Assembly (NCBI GenBank): GCA_001029715.1 | Contig: CP011212.1 | Span: forward strand, 131,407-195,406 | DNA: 64,000 nucleotides | Source: a candidate division TM6 bacterium GW2011_GWF2_28_16 | GTDB taxonomy: Bacteria; Patescibacteriota; Microgenomatia; UBA1400; PJMF01 | Direction: 5' to 3' | In this document: positions 1 through 12,015 of the stretch, piece by piece | Numbering within the stretch: position 1 is the first letter of the stretch | Layout of the letters: every line of letters begins with the position of its first letter | The notes under the pieces: model-generated | Told to the model about the DNA's origin: nothing | The model's input: the letters and a program-made list of their open reading frames with translations, nothing else | The model's database searches: none | Position numbers and translations under genes: made by a program

Positions 1-484
1 CAGAACCTTTTCCTATTGTTGTTGTAGCCCATTCTCCAACGCCATCTATGGTCACGATACTAGCTGTTTCAAAAGGGGATAAATAAAAGCTACTAGCAGC
101 ATGAGACAAATGATGATCTACGAAATTTATTTTTCCAAAATAATTAATTTCTTTTTCTAGAATTTTTTTTAATTGTAACTTAGAGCCAAGCCAAGGCCCC
201 ATTGTTTTAATAAATTGCCTGTAACTTTTAGGAAAATTATCAATGTGTTGATATAAAACTCTCTCAAATTTAATCAATGGTTTCTCATAAAATGAAATCA
301 AACTTATTTCATTAGCTGCTATTTGAAGGCTGTCTAAGCAAAACTCAATTGCTTTTTTGGGGAAATTGTTATCATGTTTAATTCTGGTAAATCTTTCTTC
401 GGCAGCAGCAGCAATAATTTTGCCATCTTTAATTATGCAAGCAGCACTGTCGTGAAAATAACAAGATATTCCGAGAATGATCAT
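1..484 (-). CDS. Carbamoyltransferase (NodU/CmcH/HypF-like family), N-terminal part. The gene continues beyond the window start.
   Basis: The reverse-strand translation from the ATG at 484-482 reads MIILGISCYFHDSAACIIKDGKIIAAAAEERFTRIKHDNNFP. This matches the conserved N-terminus of carbamoyltransferases (ILGIS..HDS.A......G.I.AA.EERF.R.KH). The reading frame stays open to position 1. Confidence 0.6.
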   Translation of the reverse strand, partial: MIILGISCYFHDSAACIIKDGKIIAAAAEERFTRIKHDNNFPKKAIEFCLDSLQIAANEISLISFYEKPLIKFERVLYQHIDNFPKSYRQFIKTMGPWLGSKLQLKKILEKEINYFGKINFVDHHLSHAASSFYLSPFETASIVTIDGVGEWATTTIGKGS

Positions 485-492
485 AAAAATTC

Positions 493-966
493 CTAATACA
501 TTTTATTATGGTTATTATTTTGCAGATATTTTTCCCAAGTGGAGCTATTTATTTTTTTATTTAGAAAGTTTTTAGAAAAAATTTTTGCAATTGTAGCAGA
601 AATAGAGATTCCCAAGAAGAAAATAAAAAAGAGAGCTATTGGCTCAATTTTAGTATTAATTTTATTACTGATTTTTTTTAACTTTTCAATTACAGACATG
701 CATTTTATATTAACATATTTTATTGAGGCCATCTCGTTTTGTGTATTTTGTGTTTTTGCTCTTAGGTATCTCTTGCATTTGTCTAAAAAGCATATATAAT
801 CACTCTTTGTCTCTAAGGCTTTTCGGGAAAGTCTACAAGAGTATACGCGACAATCCGTTTTTAGGATTCCCTCCGTCTCAAGAAAACAGCCATTAAATTG
901 GCTAAAAATAGAAAAAACATGAAATTTATTTGATTTTTTGTTTTTTTTGCACGTTAAATTGAACAA
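493..966 (-). CDS. Hypothetical small protein with one predicted TM helix. Doubtful.
   Basis: A 157-aa ORF on the same strand and immediately upstream of the carbamoyltransferase. It contains a hydrophobic stretch, IALFFIFFLGISISATIAKIF. It is low-complexity and AT-rich, and it lies where an rRNA/tRNA promoter region would be expected. Confidence 0.3.
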   Translation of the reverse strand: MFNLTCKKNKKSNKFHVFSIFSQFNGCFLETEGILKTDCRVYSCRLSRKALETKSDYICFLDKCKRYLRAKTQNTQNEMASIKYVNIKCMSVIEKLKKISNKINTKIEPIALFFIFFLGISISATIAKIFSKNFLNKKINSSTWEKYLQNNNHNKMY

Positions 967-996
967 GCAAGTGAAAAGTCTCCGAAAGACTTATAA

Positions 997-1070
997 GGGC
1001 CCTTAGCTCAGTTGGCTAGAGCGCCACATTTGCAATGTGGAGGCCAAGGGTTCGAGCCCCTTAGGGTCCA
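997..1070 (+). tRNA. tRNA-Ala (anticodon UGC)
   Basis: A cloverleaf is readable: acceptor gggccct/agggtcc with the G3:U70 alanine identity pair, D-arm gctc-agttggcta-gagc, anticodon stem ccaca/tgtgg with loop tttgcaa (UGC), and T-arm aaggg-ttcgagc-ccctt. No CCA is encoded. It sits about 215 bp upstream of the 23S. Confidence 0.85.
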
Positions 1071-1287
1071 CTTTGATTAATAAAGCCGTTTGCTAATTAT
1101 TAGGCTTTGGATTTTCCTTCCGGGATTTCTAGAGGCTAATAACTAGCAAATTGCTAGACTTTGACGCGTAAGTGTCAAATTTTGTTCTTTAATAAGTGAA
1201 GAAACTTTTTAACTTAAATTTATTTAAGTTAAAAACTAACTGTTACTCAATATGACTGAGTAAGAGAACATTTCAATGATAAATATT

Positions 1288-4210
<2,923 letters not shown>

Positions 4211-4366
4211 ATTTATTAGTTTTCACAAAGGTCTTATTGAGTAGGTTAGTAGTGAAAGATTTATCTTTTACTACTAACCTTTATATTTCGATATAAAGCA
4301 GTTAGCTTCACTTATTAGCGAGCAAAATCGCTAATTAACATAAAATACGTGCATAAAAACGTTTTA

Positions 4367-4485
4367 TTCTGGTCTCTAGAGCGAGGTGGTACCAACTCTT
4401 CCCATCCCGAACAGAGTCTTGAAACGCTTCAGCGCTGACAATAGTTGGGGGTTCTCCCCCTGCAAAGATAGGTCGAGGCCAGAAT
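4367..4485 (+). rRNA. rrf: 5S ribosomal RNA
   Basis: ttctggtctctagagcgaggtggtaccaactcttcccatcccgaacagagt...ctgcaaagataggtcgaggccagaa. A terminal helix (ttctggtc/ggccagaa) and the conserved cccatcccgaac loop motif are present. It lies about 155 nt downstream of the 23S. Confidence 0.85.
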
Positions 4486-4500
4486 AAAGCGTTTTTTTTG
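4486..4500 (+). terminator. T-run after the 5S terminal helix, possible intrinsic terminator
   Basis: The 5S closing helix is followed by taaagcgttttttttg, a run of eight T. Confidence 0.4.
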
Positions 4501-4600
4501 TGCCCGAGCTTATGCGAGGGTACGTCTGAAGCACAAGCGGAAGACGAGCCAGTCCTTCTTTAAGAAGGTGTGTCCGAAGTGGAAGCGGAGGACGCGACTA
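4500..4600 (+). ncRNA. GC-rich structured element with two tandem hairpins. Function unknown; possibly an rRNA 3' processing structure or a small RNA.
   Basis: Hairpin 1 is cgtct-gaagcacaagcgga-agacg. Hairpin 2 is gtcc-gaagtggaagcgga-ggac. The loops share the consensus gaagNNNaagcgga, and the stems differ by a compensatory change (t:a to c:g). A palindrome, ccttctttaagaagg, lies between the two hairpins. Confidence 0.35.
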
Positions 4601-4626
4601 TTTCCCAATTTTACAGAAATTTTTCT

Positions 4627-4848
4627 TTACAAAAATAGTAAAAACCCAACAAAAACCGCTAGGGCTAGTAATAAATTTATTAGGCCAAGCAAGCTTACGC
4701 TTGAGGAAAAACCAGTAATAAGGGTTTTTTTCATGAGATTGATCTGACGAGAAACTATAAAGATATAGACTAGATTAAAAAAAGCGGCGACAACAAAAGC
4801 AATTTTGAGAGCACCATCTAATAGTTCTGCATTAAAAATATTATTCAT
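4627..4848 (-). CDS. Hypothetical small membrane protein (73 aa, 2 TM)
   Basis: The ORF has two strongly hydrophobic segments (IAFVVAAFFNLVYIFIV and LLGLINLLLALAVFVGFLLFL). It sits tightly upstream of the next minus-strand gene. Confidence 0.4.
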   Translation of the reverse strand: MNNIFNAELLDGALKIAFVVAAFFNLVYIFIVSRQINLMKKTLITGFSSSVSLLGLINLLLALAVFVGFLLFL

Positions 4849-4854
4849 TTTTCC

Positions 4855-5493
4855 TTAATTGACTCTGCCTTCTATTTTTTCTTTTTCTTCTTCTAAGAGA
4901 AGTTCACTTATTAACTTAGTAACTTTGGCTGGCTGGGGAACATTCCCGAACTCGAATTCAGTCTTTTCTCCAGCTGTTTGAATTAGAATGGTTCCATAAT
5001 TGAAAATTGCAGCTAAAGGTCCAGTGGTGCGAGCAGTAACGTCTTCAATATTTTCAATTTTAGCGTAAGAAATATTGTGATAGATCATCGAGGCGAAGTC
5101 GACATCGATAATTCTTTCATCAGTGATAATGTAAACATTAAAGAACCAAATTAAAAATGTTCTAGTGAAAAGACCAAAGGTTAAAACAATCCAAAAAATA
5201 TAAAAAGCGCCTATAAATTTATCTGGAAAAGTTTCTATAAATCCGGAAAAATTGAGCAAAATAGGAATAAGCAAAATAATCATACATAAGAAAAGAAATG
5301 ATTTTAACTGAGTAATTAAATGCTGTCTCAAAACCAAAATAATTTTTTCATCTTTGTTTTGAATATCAAGATGAATGTTTTTTGGTTTAGAAATAAAAGT
5401 ACGAAAGAAATTATTGGTAGATTTTTCGTTTTTCATTACTTCTGAATAATCTTCAACGTTTCTTCTCGCGTGGTGTTTATTTTGATCAGTCAT
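4855..5493 (-). CDS. Membrane protein with a bacterial PH domain (bPH_2 / YdbT-YdbS-like)
   Basis: 212 aa. Two TM helices (FLFLCMIILLIPILL, FYIFWIVLTFGLF) are followed by YIITDERIIDV...GTILIQTAG...FEFGNVPQP, which fits the bPH_2 pattern. Confidence 0.6.
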   Translation of the reverse strand: MTDQNKHHARRNVEDYSEVMKNEKSTNNFFRTFISKPKNIHLDIQNKDEKIILVLRQHLITQLKSFLFLCMIILLIPILLNFSGFIETFPDKFIGAFYIFWIVLTFGLFTRTFLIWFFNVYIITDERIIDVDFASMIYHNISYAKIENIEDVTARTTGPLAAIFNYGTILIQTAGEKTEFEFGNVPQPAKVTKLISELLLEEEKEKIEGRVN

Positions 5494-5618
5494 ATTTCTT
5501 TCTAATTATACCATTATATACGCCTTATGATTCCTACTTTGATTTTTCTCTAAAGTTTGCTATCTTATGACACAGATAAGTTTAGTATATTTGTTAGCAA
5601 AAATTATAAAAAGGAAAC

Positions 5619-6359
5619 ATGCCAGTTAAAAAAACCAGTAAAAAAGCAGTCGCAAAAAAAGTGATAAGTAAGCCAGCTGTAAAAACTGTTAAAAAAACAG
5701 TAGTTGCACCTAAGGTTATGCCTAAGATGGTCATGCCAAAAGTTCAGACAATGCCTATAAAAAAGCTTGACTCCAAAAAACTAATTAAGCCTTTAATTTT
5801 TCTACTTATTCTAGCTACTGTTTATTTACTCAAAGATGAGGTGATCGTCGCTAGCGTTAATGGTAAACCAGTGACACGCTGGGCTTTAACACGTAATCTA
5901 GAGAAACAAAGTGCTTCAACTGTTTTAGAAAATATGACCTTACAAATGTTAGTTGAACAAGAACTCAAAAAGGCTGGCATAGAGGTTACTGATGAAGAGA
6001 TGGATGCAGAAATCAGCAAGATTGAGGAGCAATTAGCTGCTCAGGGTCAAAACTTAGATGATTTATTAGCTGCTCAGAATTTAACCAGAACAACTGTTAG
6101 AGAGCAACTGGCCCTCAGTAAAGGCATGGAAAAACTTTTAGCTGGCAATATCATTGTTACCGATGAAGAAATCACTGCCTATTTCGAGCAAAACAAAGAA
6201 ATGATGGGCGCAGACGTTGCTTTGGAAGATATTAAAGCTGACATTGAAGCTCAATTGAAACAAGAAAAGTTAGCTACAGAGCAACAAAAATGGTTTGCAG
6301 AAATTAAGAAAAATGCAAAGATCAATTACTTTAAATTTGCTCCAAGCGTTAATCTTTAA
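5619..6359 (+). CDS. SurA N-terminal domain-like periplasmic chaperone. A Lys-rich N-terminus and one TM are present, and there is no PPIase domain.
   Basis: It has a K-rich tail, a TM segment (LIKPLIFLLILATVYLL), and then VNGKPVTRWALTRNLEKQ...LENMTLQMLVEQELKKAGIEVTDEEMDAEI, which resembles SurA_N. Confidence 0.55.
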   Translation: MPVKKTSKKAVAKKVISKPAVKTVKKTVVAPKVMPKMVMPKVQTMPIKKLDSKKLIKPLIFLLILATVYLLKDEVIVASVNGKPVTRWALTRNLEKQSASTVLENMTLQMLVEQELKKAGIEVTDEEMDAEISKIEEQLAAQGQNLDDLLAAQNLTRTTVREQLALSKGMEKLLAGNIIVTDEEITAYFEQNKEMMGADVALEDIKADIEAQLKQEKLATEQQKWFAEIKKNAKINYFKFAPSVNL

Positions 6360-6415
6360 AAATTAAAATAATAAATATTGAATCCCTCAAGCTTTTAGTT
6401 TGGGGGATTTTTTTA

Positions 6416-8236
6416 TTAAGTTTCAAGAACTGCCAAAAAAGCATCTTGATTAAGTTGTACTTGACCAATTTGTTTCATTCTTTTTTTGCCTTTGGCTTGT
6501 TTATCCAAGAGTTTCATTCTTCTAGTGCGATCGCCGCCGTAAAGTTTAGCAGTCACATCTTTACGCCAAGCTTTGATGGTTTCTCTAGCGATAACTTTTG
6601 CCCCAATGCTGGCCTGAATTGGAATCTCGAATAATTGACGAGGAATAACTTCTTTTAATTTTTTAACAATTGCTCGAGCTTTTGCTTCAACGTTATCTGC
6701 CACAGTAATAAAACTGAGAGCTTCTATCGATTCTTTGTTGACTAAAATTTCTACTTTAACAGCATCCACTTCTCTAAAATCTTGGAGGACATATTCCATA
6801 GAAGCAAAGCCCGAGGTAACAGACTTAAGCTTGTCGTGGAAGTCAGTAATGAGTTCAGCTAAGGGAATTAGATATTCCAAACGATTGCGGTTGCCAGTGC
6901 CAATACTGTTTTCCAAAGTGGCTCTTTTTTCATGACAAAGCTTCATGACTGCAGAAACATAATCTTCTGGACAGAAAACACTCAATTTAGCAATCGGTTC
7001 AAGTATTTTTCTCACTCTACTTAAATCTGGCATTTCTGCTGGAGAGTGAATTTCAATTATTTTGTCATTAGTGGTTAAAATTTGGTAGGTTACAGATGGA
7101 GCAGTGGCGATGAGGTCCAAATCAAATTCTCTCATTAATCTCTCGCGAACTATCTCAGCATGAAAAATACCTAGGAAGCCAACACGCAAGCCATTTCCCA
7201 AGGCAATGGAGTGGGTAGACTGATATTGCAGCGCACTATCATGCATGGTCAATTTTGCCATGGCGTCCTTTAGATTGGAAAAATCTTTGCTATCCACTGG
7301 ATAGATTTCCATAAAAACCATGGGAGTTGGTTCTTTGTAACCAGGTAAAACCTCAATCATTTCTCTGTCTTCAAAGCTAGTAATTGTGTCACCTACTTTA
7401 AGTAGAGAGATGTCCTTCAGTCCTGTAGCGATGTAACCAACTTCACCCTCTTTAAGAACAGCTCTTTTTTCTTTTTCTGGAGCAAAAATGCCAATTTCTA
7501 CTGGCAAGAATTTAGTTTTACTAAAACTTAAGTACATATCCTTTTTGCTCATTTCACCATTAACCACTCTCATATAAGCAATGGCGCCCTGATGGTTGTC
7601 AAATTTAGAAGTAATGATCAAAGCTCTTAGTTTATCGCTTTCTTGAACATGATCCTCTTGGATAAGTTTTTTTCCTGGCGCAGGTACTTCTTCGATAATT
7701 CTTTGTAAAACCTTTTCCACGCCTTGCCCAGTTTTGGCTGAGACCATTAGAACTTCTTCTTCATTTAGTTCAAAAAACTCCATGATTTCAAGAATGCTTT
7801 GCTCAACATTGGCTGATGGCAAATCAATTTTGTTAATGACAGGAATGATTTTAAGTTTCAAATTTTTAGCTTTTTGATAATTAGCCAATGTTTGAGCTTG
7901 TACTCCTTGAGTAGCATCGATGAGCAAAAGAGCTCCTTCACAAGCAGCGAGTGAGCGATCTACTTCATAACCAAAATCAACATGTCCTGGAGTATCAATT
8001 AAATTGAGGATATATTTTTTGCCTAAATGTTCATAGTTCATGCGAACAGGGGCTAATTTGATAGTTACACCCTTTTCTTGTTCAATTGGATTTGAGTCCA
8101 TCATGCGAGCATGAAAATTGAGGTCAGAAACGGCACCAGTGAGACGCAGAAAAGCATCGGTCAAAGTAGTTTTGCCGTGATCTATGTGAGCGATGATAGA
8201 AAAATTTCTAATCAAAGAAAGATCACTGTTTGTCAT
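6416..8236 (-). CDS. lepA: Elongation factor 4 (LepA)
   Basis: The N-terminus reads IRNFSIIAHIDHGKTTLTDAFL (LepA GTPase G1). It also has NLIDTPGHVDF, the domain order of the translational GTPase family, and a LepA-specific C-terminal domain. It is 606 aa. Confidence 0.95.
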   Translation of the reverse strand: MTNSDLSLIRNFSIIAHIDHGKTTLTDAFLRLTGAVSDLNFHARMMDSNPIEQEKGVTIKLAPVRMNYEHLGKKYILNLIDTPGHVDFGYEVDRSLAACEGALLLIDATQGVQAQTLANYQKAKNLKLKIIPVINKIDLPSANVEQSILEIMEFFELNEEEVLMVSAKTGQGVEKVLQRIIEEVPAPGKKLIQEDHVQESDKLRALIITSKFDNHQGAIAYMRVVNGEMSKKDMYLSFSKTKFLPVEIGIFAPEKEKRAVLKEGEVGYIATGLKDISLLKVGDTITSFEDREMIEVLPGYKEPTPMVFMEIYPVDSKDFSNLKDAMAKLTMHDSALQYQSTHSIALGNGLRVGFLGIFHAEIVRERLMREFDLDLIATAPSVTYQILTTNDKIIEIHSPAEMPDLSRVRKILEPIAKLSVFCPEDYVSAVMKLCHEKRATLENSIGTGNRNRLEYLIPLAELITDFHDKLKSVTSGFASMEYVLQDFREVDAVKVEILVNKESIEALSFITVADNVEAKARAIVKKLKEVIPRQLFEIPIQASIGAKVIARETIKAWRKDVTAKLYGGDRTRRMKLLDKQAKGKKRMKQIGQVQLNQDAFLAVLET

Positions 8237-8244
8237 GGACGAAT

Positions 8245-8490
8245 TTATTTACCAAGCAATTTGCTTAGAGAGGCTTTAACGCGGGCAGCCTTGTTTTTCT
8301 GTACGATATTTTTCTTGACACTGCGGTCAACCGCGGAGAAGGCAGCACTGAGTTTGTCAGCAGCTGGACTTTTCTTCATTTCATCAATAGCAGTCTTCAT
8401 TTTTGATCTCAACTGAGTATTGATAACAGTTTTTCTCTGGCTAGCTCTAAGAGCTTTTTTGGCGTTTTTGAGTATCGGCATAGGCGACAA
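8245..8490 (-). CDS. rpsT: 30S ribosomal protein S20
   Basis: An 81-aa basic protein reading NAKKALRASQRKTVINTQLRSKMKTAIDEMKK..., which fits the S20 family pattern. Confidence 0.85.
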   Translation of the reverse strand: MSPMPILKNAKKALRASQRKTVINTQLRSKMKTAIDEMKKSPAADKLSAAFSAVDRSVKKNIVQKNKAARVKASLSKLLGK

Positions 8491-8550
8491 TTATACTAGA
8501 GGTGTTGCCTTTAAGCAAGCAAGCCTTCGCATTAAAAGCTTTTACAGTAT

Positions 8551-10246
8551 AATGTTATCCGTGATCTCTTTGACTAAAATATTCAATAGTAATGGCAAAT
8601 GGCTGGAAAGAAAGCAAAATTCTATTCTTTCTGCCGCTTTGGTGATTACTTTGGCCAACATTTTTTCTTCAGTTTTTGGTTTATGGCGAGAAAGAGTTTT
8701 AATTAACCAATTTTTTAGCACTGATGTTTCTCAAAAGGCCTACGAGGCTTTTCAAGTAGCTTTCCAAATTCCGGACATGATTTTTCAATTGATTGTCATG
8801 GGTGCTTTGGCAGCTTCATTTATTCCACTTTTCACAGAGCTTAAAAAGAAAAATGAAAAAGATGCTTTTCACTTTACTTCAATCGTTATGAATTGGGTGC
8901 TTTTAGTTTTTTTAGTTGTTTCAGTTTTAGCTTTTATTTTTGCAGAACCAATTACGGCTTTTCGCACAGGTGTAGAATTTACCCCAGAACAAATCGCTAC
9001 TGCAGTTAAATTAACTCGTCTAATGCTTTTTGCGCAGATTTTCTTTGCGATCTCAAACTTTTTGACTGGGATTTTACAAGCTTACCAGCGTTTTGTCGCT
9101 CCAGCTCTTGCTCCAATTTTTTATAACCTAGGTATTATGTTGGGAACAGTTTTCTTGGCTAAATATTTTGGCATTTATGCTGCTGGACTAGGTGTTTTAA
9201 TCGGTGCATTTTTGCATATGGCTATTCAGTTGCCTCTAGTTTGGAAGATGGGCTTTCGCTTTAAGTTTGATTTTAATTTGAAATTTACTTCAGTTAAAAA
9301 GCTTTTTTCTTTGATGCCACCGCGTTTATTAACGGTAGGAGTGACTGAATTTCAGAATTTAGCTATGGGCTTTTTTGCTACCACAATCGGTGATCTCAGT
9401 TTCGTAGTGGTTAAACTAGCCAGTCGTTTAATGAGTTTACCAATTCGTTTTTTTGGTGTGCCGATTTCGCAAGCTTCCTTGTCATTTTTGTCTGAAGAAT
9501 CAGCCGTTGAAAATCGACAGAAATTTAATCGTTTGTTACTGCAGTCTTTGAATCAAATTGCCTTTTTTGCTATGCCAGCTTCAGTGCTTTTGTTAATTCT
9601 GCGTGTGCCAATCGTTCGTTTAGTTTTTGGTACTTACAACTTCCCTTGGGGGACTACTGTCTTAACTGGAAAAGTAGTAGCTATTATTGCCATCTCGATC
9701 ACTGCTCAAGCAATGGTTCAACTTTTAGTGAGAGCTTTTCATGCTCTTAAAGATACCAAAACACCTTTTATAATCACCTTAGTTACAGTGGCTTCTTATT
9801 TGTTAGTTTCTTATCTTTCAGTTTTTGTTTTTTCGCTAGATGTTTTGGGCTTGGGTTTGGCAATTTCTTTTTCAGCTTTTTTAGAACTGATTTTGTTTTT
9901 ATTTTTACTAAATAAAAAATTGGCTTGTTTTAATAATAAAGAATTTTGGGGGCCACAAATAAAAATATTAGCATCAAGCTTTTTTATGGCTGTTTTTCTT
10001 TATTTGCCATTTAAAATACTTGATGAAGTAGTTTTTGATACCTCTAAAACTATTGACTTGATTGCCCTAACCGTTTCAACAGCAAGCGTCGCAAGTCTGG
10101 TTTATATATATTTTTCAGTGCTTTTTGATGTTAAAGAATTAACTTATTTTCGCAATATTTTGGGCAAATTTGGCAAGTGGAAAGAAGCGATTGAGGACTC
10201 CTCAGAGGTGCTTTTGGACAGTTCTACCACTGACAGCGAACGATAG
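8551..10246 (+). CDS. murJ: Lipid II flippase MurJ (MviN family)
   Basis: A polytopic membrane protein with about 14 hydrophobic segments. Its N-terminus fits the MurJ pattern. The ORF track begins at 8420, but that overlaps rpsT on the opposite strand. The ATG at 8551 (MLSVISLTKIF...) is the more likely start. Confidence 0.75.
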
Positions 10247-10287
10247 CGAATTGTAAAAACTTGGCGAAACCCTTATTATAGAGATGA

Positions 10288-10860
10288 ATGTCAAAAAAGC
10301 CTGCCAATAAAAAATTGGACATTACTGTTAATCTAGTTCCTCAAGATCCTTTTTTTGAGACGGCCTTGGGACGTTTTTTGAAATGGGCACTTTCTATTGG
10401 GCGTTATATTGTTATTTTTACAGAAATGATTGTTATTTTAAGCTTTGCTTCTAGATTTACTTTAGATCGCATGGTCACTGATCTCAACTCTTCAATTAAT
10501 CAAAAAGAAAACGTGATTAGTTCCTATGGTGATTTAGAGAAAAAGTTTCGTTTTATTCAACAACAAATTGGAGATTATCAGCAATTTAAGCAAGAGTCTA
10601 ATTTAATTGATATTTTTCCGATTTTAAATAAAAATGTTCCAGATGACGTTGTTTTTGAAACTCTCTTAATCAGAGCAGACGCAATTAATTTTACTGGCTC
10701 AGCTTTATCTCAAAATGCCTTAAACGTTCTGATTAACAATTTACAGCTTAGTCCATCATTCCCAGAAGTAAGTGTTAACAAAATTGAATCTAGGGGTGAA
10801 AAAACCTCTGGTTTTAATTTTGATATTAGATCAACAATTAATTTAAATGCCAAAAACTAG
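10288..10860 (+). CDS. PilN-like type IV pilus assembly protein (tentative)
   Basis: 190 aa. It has ITVNLVPQD (similar to the PilN INLLP motif), then a TM (YIVIFTEMIVILSF), then coiled-coil and a C-terminal domain. The size and architecture fit PilN. Confidence 0.5.
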   Translation: MSKKPANKKLDITVNLVPQDPFFETALGRFLKWALSIGRYIVIFTEMIVILSFASRFTLDRMVTDLNSSINQKENVISSYGDLEKKFRFIQQQIGDYQQFKQESNLIDIFPILNKNVPDDVVFETLLIRADAINFTGSALSQNALNVLINNLQLSPSFPEVSVNKIESRGEKTSGFNFDIRSTINLNAKN

Positions 10861-11458
10861 ACAAGAACAAATTCAGCGTGTTTTATTTGATTTTTATAAA
10901 AATCCAGTGGCTAGGGTATCTCTAGAGTTAGTTTTTTCTATTTTAGCCATAATTTTCTTTGCTATTTTTGCAATTAAGCCAACTTTGCAAACCATGACCG
11001 AATTAGTTAAAGAAATAAACGATAAAAGAGCTCTCGATGAACAATTAAATCAAAAAATTGCTAGCTTAAATACTGCTCAAAGTCAGTACGAAAAGTATAG
11101 TTCTCAATTTTATTTATTAGATGAGGCCATTCCTAAAACCGCTAATTTAGTTGAGAGTTTGAAAATAGTTGAAAAAATCGCTAGTGAGAATAACTTGGCA
11201 ATTCAGGGGATTACAATCTCATCTGTTCCAGATGAACTAGTCAAGGCAAATGCTAATCAGTCCAAAAGAGAGTCTTTAACTTTTAATATCGATTTAGTGG
11301 GTGACTATGTAAATATTCGTCAATTTATTGAGGGTTTAATGGATTCTCGTAGAATGATGATTGTTGATCAGGTTAATTTCAGCATGGGTAGCAATCGTTA
11401 CCAAAAAAACTTAAATGCTATTGTTAGAATTAATTTGCCTTACTATCTTAATGAATAA
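10847..11458 (+). CDS. PilO-like type IV pilus assembly protein (tentative)
   Basis: 203 aa. It has an N-terminal TM (LELVFSILAIIFFAIFAI), a coiled-coil, and a C-terminal alpha/beta region. It overlaps the upstream PilN-like gene by 14 nt, which suggests an operon. Confidence 0.5.
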   Translation: MPKTRQEQIQRVLFDFYKNPVARVSLELVFSILAIIFFAIFAIKPTLQTMTELVKEINDKRALDEQLNQKIASLNTAQSQYEKYSSQFYLLDEAIPKTANLVESLKIVEKIASENNLAIQGITISSVPDELVKANANQSKRESLTFNIDLVGDYVNIRQFIEGLMDSRRMMIVDQVNFSMGSNRYQKNLNAIVRINLPYYLNE

Positions 11459-11943
11459 TGAAAAAAACAGATAATAACAGTATTAGCAAACAATTAAATA
11501 AATTGCGCCGCGATAAGAGATTTTTATGGCTTGGAATTTTATTTTTTGTTTTAGTAACTTTTTGGATCTTACTTAGTCTTTTTGCTACTACTAAGACGAG
11601 CTCAATTTCTCCAGAATTACAGATCTTAGCTAAGCCTTTTGTGCCGAGACTAGAGTCTAAAGTTTTTGATGAGATTTTGCTAAAGAGATTTTTTTCTAAA
11701 GAAGAGCTTTCTCGTTTTTCTATTTATATTTTAGATAAAAATAATACGGGAGAAGAATCCCAACTAATTGATATTACTACTGAGAGTGATGGATTACTAA
11801 AAGAGCAATCTATGGCAGAAGAATCAACTACATCGCCAACACCAACACCAGCATCATCGCCAACACAAGCAGCAGATCCTGGGAGTTCAAATATAGACAA
11901 TATTTTAGAGGCAATTGAGGGTGATAATAAACCTCAAAACTAA
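11458..11943 (+). CDS. Hypothetical membrane-anchored protein with a Ser/Thr/Pro-rich C-terminus, in the pilus-like operon
   Basis: 161 aa. It has a TM (FLWLGILFFVLVTFWILLSLF) and ends with TTSPTPTPASSPTQAADPGSS. Its start overlaps the stop of the preceding gene (ATGA). Confidence 0.45.
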   Translation: MKKTDNNSISKQLNKLRRDKRFLWLGILFFVLVTFWILLSLFATTKTSSISPELQILAKPFVPRLESKVFDEILLKRFFSKEELSRFSIYILDKNNTGEESQLIDITTESDGLLKEQSMAEESTTSPTPTPASSPTQAADPGSSNIDNILEAIEGDNKPQN

Positions 11944-12015
11944 AGTCTAATACTTGTTGCTTTGCTCAAGATCATGTAAATTTAATGTAAGGATATTTAT
12001 AGCTGTTATTTTTTT

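Noticed and set aside
539-799. Plus-strand 86-aa ORF overlapping the minus-strand 493-966 ORF.
   Set aside because: It is an AT-rich, low-complexity translation antisense to a somewhat more plausible ORF. It has no RBS or recognisable motif.
8420-8550. The 5' extension of the murJ ORF (track start 8420).
   Set aside because: It would overlap 70 nt of rpsT on the opposite strand. The MurJ-like sequence begins after the internal ATG at 8551.
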